Shown here one piece after another: positions 14,602 to 22,693 of a DNA stretch of 32,000 nucleotides (the first letter of the stretch is position 1; every line of letters begins with the position of its first letter). This DNA is from Schaalia odontolytica. Its GTDB lineage: Bacteria > Actinomycetota > Actinomycetes > Actinomycetales > Actinomycetaceae. The stretch lies in assembly GCF_005696695.1 (NCBI RefSeq), contig NZ_CP040006.1:570001-602000 (forward strand). Reading direction: 5' to 3'. The position numbers and the translations under genes were made by a program. The notes beneath the pieces were generated by a model. It was not told the origin of the DNA. It saw only the letters and a list, made by a program, of their open reading frames with translations, and ran no database searches.

Positions 14602-16815
14602 GTGCCAGGTATGGATACCTACGACGCGATCATGCTGCTGTCCTACGGTGGCCCGGATGGCCCGGACGACGTCCTGCCGTTCATGCGCAACGCGACGCGC
14701 GGTCGCGGAATCCCCGACGAACGCCTGCTTCAGGTCGCCGCTCACTACAAGCGCTTCGGCGGCGTCTCGCCCATTAACGCCTGTAATCAGCGCCTGATCG
14801 CCGACCTGTCCGCGGAACTCGCCAGGCGTGGGCACGATATCCCCGTCGGGTGGGGAAACCGCAACTGGCACCCCTTCGTCGCCGAAGGCCTCGATGAGCT
14901 CGCCCAGGCGGGCGCCCGCCGCATCCTCGTCCTGCCTACCTCCGCCTACGCCTCGTACTCGGGGTGTCGCCAGTACCGCGAAGACCTCGCCGAGGCCGCG
15001 GAGGCCCTGCACGACAAGTGGGGGACGATCGAACTGGGCGTTGAGGACAGCGCCGACAATCCCGACGCCGACATCATCCTGGACAAGGTCCGCCCCTACT
15101 ATTCGACCCCCGGCATGGCGAGCGCGCAGATCGCGTCCGTCCAGCGTGCGTGGGAGGCCCTCGCTGCGCGAGGCGTCGATACCTCCGGGATTCGCCTGAT
15201 CTTCGTTACCCACTCCATCCCCGTGAGCATGGAGGCGGGGTCCTCGCCCTTCCCGTTCCATCCCTCGATCGACGAGGCCGTGGCGGCCTCGGGCGGTCGC
15301 GCCGAGCAGCAGGGGAGCGAGGCCTCGTCGCCGGCGGGAACCCCGGCCACTGAAATCAGCTACGTTGCCCAGCACCACGCCCTTATCCAAGCGATCATGC
15401 CCGAGCTGCGCCGCGTTCTTGGCCGCGAGGATCTGGGTTACGACCTCGTGTATTGCTCGCGGTCCGGGCCCCCGCAGGCCCGCTGGCTCGAACCCGATAT
15501 CAACGATTTCCTTGAGGAGATCGCGGCCGACACAGCGCCTCCGACCGGCACCGTCGTCGTCCCCATCGGTTTCATCTGCGACCACATGGAGGTCGTCTAC
15601 GACCTCGACACCGAGGCGAAGGAGACCGCCGCGCGCCTGGGGATCCCCTACGAGCGTGCCGACACCGTCGCGACGGATCCGGCCTTCGTGTCCTCCCTGG
15701 TCGACGTGCTCGAAGAGCGCGCGGCCCAGGCGCGAGGCGAGAATCCCTCGCCCGTCACCGTGACCGGCACCGGCCCCTTCCACACCGTCTGCCCGAGCGA
15801 CTGCTGCCTCTCTCCGGCACGCCCTGGCCACCCCTCACCCGCCGCTGTGAGCGCCCACCCCGGCGCCGCCCCTCATTCTTCCGGCGCGCCCGCCCGAGCC
15901 GCCGGTCAATCAGCCACAACTCAGGAGGACTCCATGTCTACCCCGCATCCCCACGCCGTCGTGCCGCCCGAGCAGAACCCGGAAAACCCGGGACATCCCG
16001 CAGGAGTGCCGGACCGCGTCGGTGAGCACGCCGCACGCCACCAGGCCCGCCACGCGGGCACCGAGGCGACGCCCCACTCGCACGCCGCTCACGCCCGCGT
16101 CACCGACCCGCGCGACGCGACGGACGTCGACTTCGACGAGGTCAACAACAAGCAGCACTACGCCCTCTACTCCGTGTTCGCGCTCGGTGAGTCCCTGCCC
16201 GCCGACGACGACGAGCGCGGCCGCATCGTCGCCGAATCCCTGGACTACGTGAAGGGCGCGGGCGCAGAAATCCGCGGCTTCTACGACGTCTCGGGCTTCC
16301 GTGCCGAGGCCGACCTGATGGTGTGGTGGCTCGACGACGACCCGCAGGTCCTCCAGGACGTCTACCACCGCCTGCGCGCGTCGGCGCTCGGCAAGTTCCT
16401 GGATCCGGTGTGGTCCTGCATGGGCCTGCACACCCCCGCCGAGTTCAACAAGCGCCACATTCCCGCCTGCTTCGGCGGCGTCGCGCCCCGCGACTGGGCG
16501 ATGGTCTACCCCTTCGTGCGCTCCTACGACTGGTACCTCAAGGCCCCCGAAGAGCGCTCCCGCATCATGGCCGAACACGGCCGCAACGGCTTCGCACAGT
16601 ACCCGGACGTCAAGGGCTCGACCCTCTCCGCCTTCGGCTTCTCCGACTACGAGTGGGTGCTCGCGTTCGAGGCCGACAGCCTGGACCGCCTGGAGGGCGT
16701 CATGCACGCCCAGCGCTACACCGAGGCGCGCCTCTACGTGCGCGAGGACACCCCGTTCTTCACGGGTCCGCGCGTGAGCCTCGGCGAGTGGGCGGAGCGC
16801 CAGCCCCGCGCATAA
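14602..16815 (+). CDS. hemH-hemQ: Fusion protein: coproporphyrin ferrochelatase (HemH/CpfC) + His/Pro/Ala-rich linker + coproheme decarboxylase (HemQ/ChdC)
   Basis: N-terminal part: DAIMLLSYGGPDGPDDVLPFM, WHPF, FVTHSIP, FICDHMEVVYDLD, Cys cluster VCPSDCC. C-terminal part: HemQ-like YALYSVFAL...VYPFVRSYDWYL...RIMAEHG. No stop codon between them. GTG 14602 lies 6 nt after GAAGGAGGA; ATG 14611 is an alternative start. Confidence 0.88.
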   Translation: MPGMDTYDAIMLLSYGGPDGPDDVLPFMRNATRGRGIPDERLLQVAAHYKRFGGVSPINACNQRLIADLSAELARRGHDIPVGWGNRNWHPFVAEGLDELAQAGARRILVLPTSAYASYSGCRQYREDLAEAAEALHDKWGTIELGVEDSADNPDADIILDKVRPYYSTPGMASAQIASVQRAWEALAARGVDTSGIRLIFVTHSIPVSMEAGSSPFPFHPSIDEAVAASGGRAEQQGSEASSPAGTPATEISYVAQHHALIQAIMPELRRVLGREDLGYDLVYCSRSGPPQARWLEPDINDFLEEIAADTAPPTGTVVVPIGFICDHMEVVYDLDTEAKETAARLGIPYERADTVATDPAFVSSLVDVLEERAAQARGENPSPVTVTGTGPFHTVCPSDCCLSPARPGHPSPAAVSAHPGAAPHSSGAPARAAGQSATTQEDSMSTPHPHAVVPPEQNPENPGHPAGVPDRVGEHAARHQARHAGTEATPHSHAAHARVTDPRDATDVDFDEVNNKQHYALYSVFALGESLPADDDERGRIVAESLDYVKGAGAEIRGFYDVSGFRAEADLMVWWLDDDPQVLQDVYHRLRASALGKFLDPVWSCMGLHTPAEFNKRHIPACFGGVAPRDWAMVYPFVRSYDWYLKAPEERSRIMAEHGRNGFAQYPDVKGSTLSAFGFSDYEWVLAFEADSLDRLEGVMHAQRYTEARLYVREDTPFFTGPRVSLGEWAERQPRA
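15923..15936 (+). promoter_or_regulatory. In-frame internal ribosome-binding site plus ATG in the fusion linker
   Basis: AGGAGG (15923-15928), 5 nt, then ATG 15934 (MSTPHPH...), in frame with the fusion ORF. It could yield a free-standing HemQ, or be a relic of an ancestral two-gene arrangement. Confidence 0.3.
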
Positions 16816-16836
16816 GGGTCTCGCTTATCTGCAAGT

Positions 16837-16880
16837 CAGCCCCGGCCTCGTCCCTGAGAAAAGGAACGAGGCCGGGGCTG
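16837..16880. terminator. Bidirectional terminator hairpin, GC-rich hairpin family
   Basis: Perfect 15-bp stem CAGCCCCGGCCTCGT / ACGAGGCCGGGGCTG with a 14-nt loop, between convergent stops at 16815 and 16912. It shares the 18-mer GCCCCGGCCTCGTCCCTG with the guaA terminator. Confidence 0.75.
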
Positions 16881-16911
16881 CGTGCGTCGCGATCACGCGG
16901 TGTGGCACGCC

Positions 16912-17919
16912 CTACTTGCCCGGGAAGAGCAACGGCAGGTTGTGCTCGACCTGGTTGGCGATCGAGGCCATTGAGTGGGTTTCGCCGTCGTCGATCCACA
17001 GCTGCAGGCTGTCCTCGGTCATGAGGTCTGGATAGTCCTCGCGGAGCTCATCAATCTGCGGGGTCATGTCCCACAGGGCCGGGTCCTCCGAGCCGACCGA
17101 CGCGAGAATGAGGAAGTCGCGTGGCCCATAGTGGGCGCGCTCGACGCCGGCGGTCACCAGCTCGGCGATGCGCGGGGAATCCGCGTCCTCCTCGCGTCCG
17201 ATCCACGACTCGCCGGCCATCGGCATGTAGCCGTAGAAGTACTGCGGACGCAAGGCAAAAACATCCCACGTGGTCGTCGCGCCCATCGAGAAACCACCGA
17301 ATGCGCGGTGCCTGCGCGAAGCGCGCAGTGACTCGTCCGAGGTGTCCCCGCGAGCGAACGTGGTGTAGCGAGACTCAACGGCGTCGATCAGAGTATCGAT
17401 CTCGCTCGTCGCGAAGAAGCGATTGAGGGTGTAGTCCTCCTCGTAGTCATCCGTCGCGAACGAGCGATCCGGATAGTAGGTCGCGAAAACGACCAGCGTC
17501 GGTGCAGCCTTGCCGGCGGTCTCCAGCTCGTCGACGACCGGCGCGACGCCATCGGCGAGGCCGGCGGCGTTCCCCCACCAGCCGTGCGTCAGATAGAGGA
17601 CGTTCGCGGGTGTGTCCGAGGCGTAGGACGCGGGAACGTACACGTAGGCCTGCTTGGTGTAAGTCGTTCCCTCGTAGCTCTGCTCGTAGGTGATCGTGTC
17701 GATCGTGCCGTGCAGAGACTGGGCCGTGTCCATGAGTGAGGCGACGCCCTCGGGCAGGGGGTCCTCGTCCTCTTCGTAGGCAATGGCCGTGGGGTCTTTC
17801 TGTCCGTTGCCCGAACGATTGAGCGCGAACGACGTGACCCCCACGAGGGCGAGCAGGCACAGTGCGATGATGGCGGTGATGCGGAACCTATTGGTTTTCC
17901 GTACGAGTCGTGTTGTCAC
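16912..17919 (-). CDS. Secreted or membrane-anchored alpha/beta-hydrolase esterase (putative-esterase / CE1-like family)
   Basis: N-terminal signal/anchor RFRITAIIALCLLALVGV. Nucleophile elbow GFSMGA and LYLTHGWWG. GTG start, 335 aa. Confidence 0.8.
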   Translation of the reverse strand: MTTRLVRKTNRFRITAIIALCLLALVGVTSFALNRSGNGQKDPTAIAYEEDEDPLPEGVASLMDTAQSLHGTIDTITYEQSYEGTTYTKQAYVYVPASYASDTPANVLYLTHGWWGNAAGLADGVAPVVDELETAGKAAPTLVVFATYYPDRSFATDDYEEDYTLNRFFATSEIDTLIDAVESRYTTFARGDTSDESLRASRRHRAFGGFSMGATTTWDVFALRPQYFYGYMPMAGESWIGREEDADSPRIAELVTAGVERAHYGPRDFLILASVGSEDPALWDMTPQIDELREDYPDLMTEDSLQLWIDDGETHSMASIANQVEHNLPLLFPGK

Positions 17920-18032
17920 TGGCTGCGCCTCAGCCCGTTCGTCGTCATGCGTTCAGCTGTCCTCATGCGCTCCACTGTATGCCTGCCCGCTGCGTCGCTA
18001 CCAATCGGTGTGGCCCTTCCCGCGCTGAGTCT

Positions 18033-18163
18033 TCCCTCCAATTTCGCATGCAATTCCCGCGCTAGTCTTTCGAGATTTGAATCGTGATCGTTGGGATTCC
18101 AAGGTTTATTGGGCATCGGCTAAACGGATGCTAGGGGAATTGCATGCGAAATGTGGGAGAGGG
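18033..18163. repeat. Long imperfect inverted repeat with 18-bp perfect core in the esterase / orphan-gene intergenic region
   Basis: ATTTCGCATGCAATTCCC (18041-18058) pairs with GGGAATTGCATGCGAAAT (18135-18152), with flanking partial complementarity (TCCCTCC / GGGAGAGGG, CTAG / CTAG). The 76-nt spacer is AT-richer. A third, shortened copy GAATTGCATGGGAG lies at 18246-18259. Confidence 0.6.
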
Positions 18164-18264
18164 ACAGAGCAGGGGAGGAGGGAAGTGTGGAGTGAGAGTC
18201 GATACGTGTGGATGGTTATCGTGTTAGTCTCCCGGTATCTATCGTGAATTGCATGGGAGCAAGC

Positions 18265-20631
18265 ATGACCCGGGACCTGATCCGTCGTGGCGACAATGAG
18301 CGTCTGGTGTTTCCTGAAACCCCTCTTCCCCAGCTGACGGACGTTCGGGTTGAGGGGACATACGAGGTCAGCCTGAGTGAGGGCAGCGAGCCGGACGAAA
18401 CCGCTGCGTTCGAACTCGATCCGAACGCCTCGCCCGCACAGTTCAGGGACTATCTCTTCGCTGCGGCAAGCGGCATTCTCATGGGAGCACTCGGCTCCCT
18501 GTGGCAGAAAGACATCAACCTGACGGAGGCTCGCAAGTTTGGCGAGGAGAAAATTCAGAAAATCGTGATCGGCGCGGCCCAGCGCGCGGGCCTCGACAAG
18601 GAACACCCAAACATCGCAGACGCGATCCGCTTCCTCGAAAAGAGATTCCCATCCGTGGGGGATAAGCTCACCGCAGCATTCGGTGGCGGGCTCCAGCATC
18701 ACCTCCGCGACTTCTCGCACCACCCCTCGCCCGTGGGACTCGTGTGCTCCCTCCTCATGCAATTCACTGGCAAGGGGTTTGGAACCAAGACAGACGGCAC
18801 TTTCGCAATCTTCGACCTGCCTGCCGACGCTATGAAGGACGGATTGCTTGTTGGGCGCAACGTTCCAGAAAAGATTCTCTATGGCACCGTTAAATGGCTC
18901 TTTCATCTCATCAGCGACATGGCCGGCTCGAGCTCGACCCCCGGCGCGGGCACCGGAATCCCCGGGCCTCTCCTATCATTCCTCAAGGAGGCCTCGTCCC
19001 TGCCATTCTTCCGTGACTTGTCCATCGGTTATGAGGGCAAGATGCGGACACTGTCGCAGTGGATTTCCAAAGCATTCAACGGCACCCTATTGAAGGATGA
19101 GGACGGCAATCCCCTACGCTTCGATCTGCGGACGGAGGTTGGCTTGGCGGAGCAAATCCTGACGCAGGTTCCCGCTGTTCTCGCGAATGAGTGCATTGTT
19201 CGTGGCTTCTACACGATCACTCGGTTCGTCGACGAGTTGAAGCGCTGCGACGTGTCCAGCGTCAAGGATCTGGCGCGCATCAATCCCTCGCGATTCCTGC
19301 CTCTCAACAGCCGTGCGCTCACGCGCATGCTGACCGTTGCCTCGGGTTCCTTCGTGGTCGTCAACTCGGGCATTGCAGCCGTGCGCGCGGTGGTGGAAGG
19401 CACTGCCAGTGGTGGGGTGGGGGCGGTTCCCCTGTTCTTCATGCGCCTCAACTACGCTGGGATTGGCCGTTTTGCTTTCGCCCTTCGGGCCGACAGCTCC
19501 TACATCTACGAGGATGTGGAGGCCTGGTGGGAGCAGCGTCAGAAGAGTGAAAAGGGTGCAGAAGTCGCCGTCTATGCACCGCTAGGGCAGGACGTGCAGC
19601 GCGTGCTGGATTCGCTTCGCATGGTCTGGCTCGAGGATGACTGTCAACGTGAGAAAAAGGAGGACAAACGCGCCCGCAAGGAAATCCAGATCGGCGCGTG
19701 GAAGCGCAGGCAAGAAATTACCGCTGATGCGGGCCAGGGCAGCTACTTTCTGGAGTCCGCCGAGGGCTACCGTGAGCTTCGGGGCATTTGTTCGGGAGAG
19801 GGTGGGGAGCTAGTCCGCCTGGCCATCGCCCAGAACCTGCTGGGCTACCAGCCCTACGCTGCCGAACGTGGCCTCTCGCTGTCCCAGACATGGCTGACCG
19901 ATGTCTTCGTGGCTGAGCAAGATGTCATCGATGCGGCCTTACTTAAGCGTCTGAAGGGTGCGCAGCAGTCATATGACCGTTGGCTGTCGGGCACCTATAC
20001 GAAGTGGGCGCTGCGCGGTGCTGCGGCTGTGGCTGCAACCGTCGCCACGGGTGGGGCGGCCGCTGCTGCGGCACCCGTGATTGCTACGGTTCTTGCGGGC
20101 GGGGCCGTGACTGGGTTGAGTGGTGCGGCGCTGACGAGTGCGAGCCTCGCGTGGGTAGGTGGTGGTTCCCTTGCTGCGGGAGGCCTCGGTATGGCCGGTG
20201 GTACCGCCATCATTACGGGCGGCGGGGCAGTTATCGGGCTGACGACTGCAGCCAGCGGTGCGACGCTGGTGGGAGTCCTGAGCAAGGACTATGCCGAACA
20301 GGTGAAGCAAGGGTGTGCTGAGTGGCTCGCCCAGTGTTCGGTGCTTCTTGAGGAAAAACCGGCGCAGGCACTGAGGGTCATCGAGGAATCGAAGGCGCGC
20401 TTGGAGCGCGCGATCGACGCGGATAATCGGACGATTGACGCCTTGAAGGGAACGAAAGAGAAAGATCAGAAGAAGCTGAGGCAAAGCCTGGAAAAGGGGC
20501 GTTCTCACCTCGGCTACGCCGTGGCCGAGCTGGGCAGGCTAGAAAAGAAAGTGCGTGAGGCTGCTGTCGAGCGCGGTGATCTCGCGCCGAGCGGGAGCGT
20601 TGATATCGCCCGCGTTCCAGAGTCGGACTAG
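18265..20631 (+). CDS. Large orphan protein: N-terminal unknown domain, Gly/Ala-rich glycine-zipper membrane module, C-terminal coiled coil
   Basis: Uninterrupted ORF 18208..20631. ATG 18265 follows GGGAG by 5 nt; 18208 and 18253 are alternative starts. Gly/Ala zipper region is about 20017-20280 (GAAAVAATVATGGAAAAAAPVIATVLAGGAVTGLSGAAL...GGGAVIGLTTAASGATLVG). K/E-rich heptad-like tail follows. I recognise no family. Confidence 0.8.
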   Translation: MTRDLIRRGDNERLVFPETPLPQLTDVRVEGTYEVSLSEGSEPDETAAFELDPNASPAQFRDYLFAAASGILMGALGSLWQKDINLTEARKFGEEKIQKIVIGAAQRAGLDKEHPNIADAIRFLEKRFPSVGDKLTAAFGGGLQHHLRDFSHHPSPVGLVCSLLMQFTGKGFGTKTDGTFAIFDLPADAMKDGLLVGRNVPEKILYGTVKWLFHLISDMAGSSSTPGAGTGIPGPLLSFLKEASSLPFFRDLSIGYEGKMRTLSQWISKAFNGTLLKDEDGNPLRFDLRTEVGLAEQILTQVPAVLANECIVRGFYTITRFVDELKRCDVSSVKDLARINPSRFLPLNSRALTRMLTVASGSFVVVNSGIAAVRAVVEGTASGGVGAVPLFFMRLNYAGIGRFAFALRADSSYIYEDVEAWWEQRQKSEKGAEVAVYAPLGQDVQRVLDSLRMVWLEDDCQREKKEDKRARKEIQIGAWKRRQEITADAGQGSYFLESAEGYRELRGICSGEGGELVRLAIAQNLLGYQPYAAERGLSLSQTWLTDVFVAEQDVIDAALLKRLKGAQQSYDRWLSGTYTKWALRGAAAVAATVATGGAAAAAAPVIATVLAGGAVTGLSGAALTSASLAWVGGGSLAAGGLGMAGGTAIITGGGAVIGLTTAASGATLVGVLSKDYAEQVKQGCAEWLAQCSVLLEEKPAQALRVIEESKARLERAIDADNRTIDALKGTKEKDQKKLRQSLEKGRSHLGYAVAELGRLEKKVREAAVERGDLAPSGSVDIARVPESD

Positions 20632-20670
20632 TGTGAGCTGTCAGTCGCCGGGGGTTGCGCGCTCGCGGGG

Positions 20671-21288
20671 TTGGCATACCCTGGGTTTATGACACCTGAG
20701 ATCACCGACCCGGCCGTCCGCGCAATCGCCGAGGAGATCGCCGCAGACCCGGCCAATGCCTCGTTCACGAAGAGAGGCGTGAAGCCGTTGTTCTACGCGG
20801 GGCCTCAGTGCCGCATCATGATCGTCGGTCAGGCACCCGGGCGAGTCGCCGAAGAGACCGGCATCGTGTGGAACGACCGCAGCGGCGACCGTCTGCGCGA
20901 CTGGATGGGCGTCGATAGGGACACCTTCTATGAGTCCGGGAAGCTCGCGATCGTCCCCATGGACTTCTACTTCCCGGGTACGGGAAAGAGCGGCGACCTG
21001 CCTCCGCGCAAGGACTTCGCCGACACGTGGCACCCGCGCCTGCTCGAGCTCATGCCGAAGCTCGAGATGACGATCCTTGTCGGTGCGTACGCCACCAGGC
21101 GCTACCTCGGTCTGAAGTCTTCGGCCTCGCTGACCGAGGTCGTGCGCGACTACAAGCAGTATCTGCCCACCTACTTCCCGCTGGTCCATCCCTCGCCGCG
21201 CAACCAGATGTGGATGAAGAAGAACCCCTGGTTCGCCGCCGACGTGCTGCCCGACCTGAAGGAGCGCGTCGCCTCCCTGCTCGCCTGA
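20671..21288 (+). CDS. Uracil-DNA glycosylase superfamily protein
   Basis: Motif A-like MIVGQAPG and motif B-like LVHPSPRN. TTG start at 20671 per the track; ATG 20689 is an alternative. Confidence 0.8.
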   Translation: MAYPGFMTPEITDPAVRAIAEEIAADPANASFTKRGVKPLFYAGPQCRIMIVGQAPGRVAEETGIVWNDRSGDRLRDWMGVDRDTFYESGKLAIVPMDFYFPGTGKSGDLPPRKDFADTWHPRLLELMPKLEMTILVGAYATRRYLGLKSSASLTEVVRDYKQYLPTYFPLVHPSPRNQMWMKKNPWFAADVLPDLKERVASLLA

Positions 21289-21327
21289 CGAGGCCGGGGC
21301 CGGGCTGGGTGGTGCACACTAGAGCGC

Positions 21328-21768
21328 ATGAACGATCTGCGCATCCCTCCCGGGCCCGGCTGCCCGCGCGGCCTCGTCGTGCCCGCGGGGGATCTGGTCG
21401 AGCGCTTCTCTCATGCGTCGGGCCCCGGTGGGCAGGGCGTCAACACCGCGGATTCGCGGGTGCAGCTCAGCCTGGACCTCGCTGCGACAGTCGCGCTGAA
21501 TGACGAGCAGCGCGAGCGAGCCCTGTCGGTGCTCGGCGAGCGACTCACCGGGACCGTCCTGACCATCACCGCCGCCGAGACCCGTTCCCAGCGCCGCAAC
21601 CGCGCCGCCGCGCGCGAACGCCTCGCGGAAGTTCTACGCGCGGCCCTCGTCCCGCCCATCCCGCGGCGCGCCACGAAGCCGACGCGCGCGTCTAAACTGC
21701 GCCGCCTCGCGGACAAGAAGAGGCGCTCGGAGGTCAAGGCGCGCAGGCGCCGCCCGGATGCGGACTAA
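21328..21768 (+). CDS. arfB: Alternative ribosome-rescue factor / peptidyl-tRNA hydrolase ArfB
   Basis: GGQ motif (SGPGGQGVNT) in a 146-aa protein with a basic C-terminal tail (KLRRLADKKRRSEVKARRRR). Confidence 0.88.
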   Translation: MNDLRIPPGPGCPRGLVVPAGDLVERFSHASGPGGQGVNTADSRVQLSLDLAATVALNDEQRERALSVLGERLTGTVLTITAAETRSQRRNRAAARERLAEVLRAALVPPIPRRATKPTRASKLRRLADKKRRSEVKARRRRPDAD

Positions 21769-21789
21769 GAAGAACGAGGCCGAGGCCGC

Positions 21790-22611
21790 CTACGCCCACT
21801 CGCTCCCGTCGGTGCGCCAGCCGATAAACACCCAGGTGACGGGCAGGAGGTAGTCCAGAACCCAGTGTTCCCGTGCCACCTCAGAGGGATCAGCGGGAGC
21901 CTCGCGAACGATATGCTGGGCCGCGTAGGCATCGAAAAGTCGCTGCTCGCGCGCGGTGAATGGCTCTGGGCCGGCCAGGCGACGAAGGTCCGCGCGGGCC
22001 TCATCGAAGGAAGAAAAACGCATTGGGCGGAAGGTGCGTGTGGTCGCGAAAACCGGGATCCGCCCCAGGGATGTGAGTGCGCGGGTCACGTCGCGGACGA
22101 CGTGCGAGCGCCTCGCTGCGCGTCCCAGGTAGGTGAGCAGGCGTGGGTCACGGGACGGGAGCAGGCTGTCGGGCACGACGACCGCCGCGCGTGATCGGGC
22201 CGCCGCGTCGAGCTTGCGCACGCAAGCGGGCACGTCCCCGCTCATGAGGGAGCGTGACGCGAAGGCGACATCCACGCTGTTCTCACCCAGGCCCGCCTCC
22301 TCCCAGTCGTCCTCCCAGGCGAGTAGGTGGGAGGTGATCGGCAGTTTGTCGGCGGCCGCGCGCTCGTCGAGGATAGCCAGCATGGCCTCGGCGAAGTCGC
22401 AGCCGTGGACGCGGTGCCCGGCGCGGGCGAGGGGGACGGCGAGCGTGCCCGTCGCACACCCCATGTCGAGGACCTCATCACCATCTTCGAGCGCGAGGAG
22501 ATCCAGGAGCCAGCGCTCGTAGTCGATGGTCGCGTCTCTCGTGAACGTCGCGGCCCTCTTGTTCCAATAGGCCTGCGAGTCTCGGTTAATTGTGCTGTTC
22601 TGTGTCGACAT
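21790..22611 (-). CDS. Class I SAM-dependent methyltransferase
   Basis: Motif I VLDMGCATGTLAVPLA...VHGCDFAEAML. ATG 22611 is preferred (AAGGG 7 nt upstream); GTG 22626 is an alternative. Confidence 0.82.
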   Translation of the reverse strand: MSTQNSTINRDSQAYWNKRAATFTRDATIDYERWLLDLLALEDGDEVLDMGCATGTLAVPLARAGHRVHGCDFAEAMLAILDERAAADKLPITSHLLAWEDDWEEAGLGENSVDVAFASRSLMSGDVPACVRKLDAAARSRAAVVVPDSLLPSRDPRLLTYLGRAARRSHVVRDVTRALTSLGRIPVFATTRTFRPMRFSSFDEARADLRRLAGPEPFTAREQRLFDAYAAQHIVREAPADPSEVAREHWVLDYLLPVTWVFIGWRTDGSEWA

Positions 22612-22638
22612 GAGATAGCCCTTCACTGCGCCTTAAGT

Positions 22639-22686
22639 GCATGTCTTGATAGAGTTTATGTATGTATAATGACATGCAGAAGGAGG
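22639..22686 (+). promoter_or_regulatory. dinJ-yafQ promoter region with flanking inverted repeat and Shine-Dalgarno
   Basis: TATAAT at 22665-22670. No good -35: TTGATA at 22646-22651 is only 13 nt away. GCATGTC (22639-22645) and GACATGC (22671-22677) bracket the -10. AGGAGG at 22681-22686 lies 7 nt before ATG 22694. Confidence 0.45.
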
Positions 22687-22693
22687 TTCGTGC

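Noticed and set aside
17916-18116. 66-aa minus-strand ORF (MPNKPWNPNDHDSNLERLARELHAKLEG...) whose TGA overlaps the esterase GTG start in a GTGA arrangement, suggesting a coupled upstream ORF.
   Set aside because: No Shine-Dalgarno before its ATG. The second half is Arg/Ala-rich filler. It runs through the left arm of the inverted repeat. The overlap could easily be coincidental, so it is left as a low-probability leader peptide.
18033-18163. Reading the 131-bp inverted-repeat unit as a MITE or other miniature mobile element.
   Set aside because: No target-site duplication flanks it. No second full copy occurs elsewhere in the window, and no transposase is present. The third partial copy on the ribosome-binding site fits a regulatory role better.
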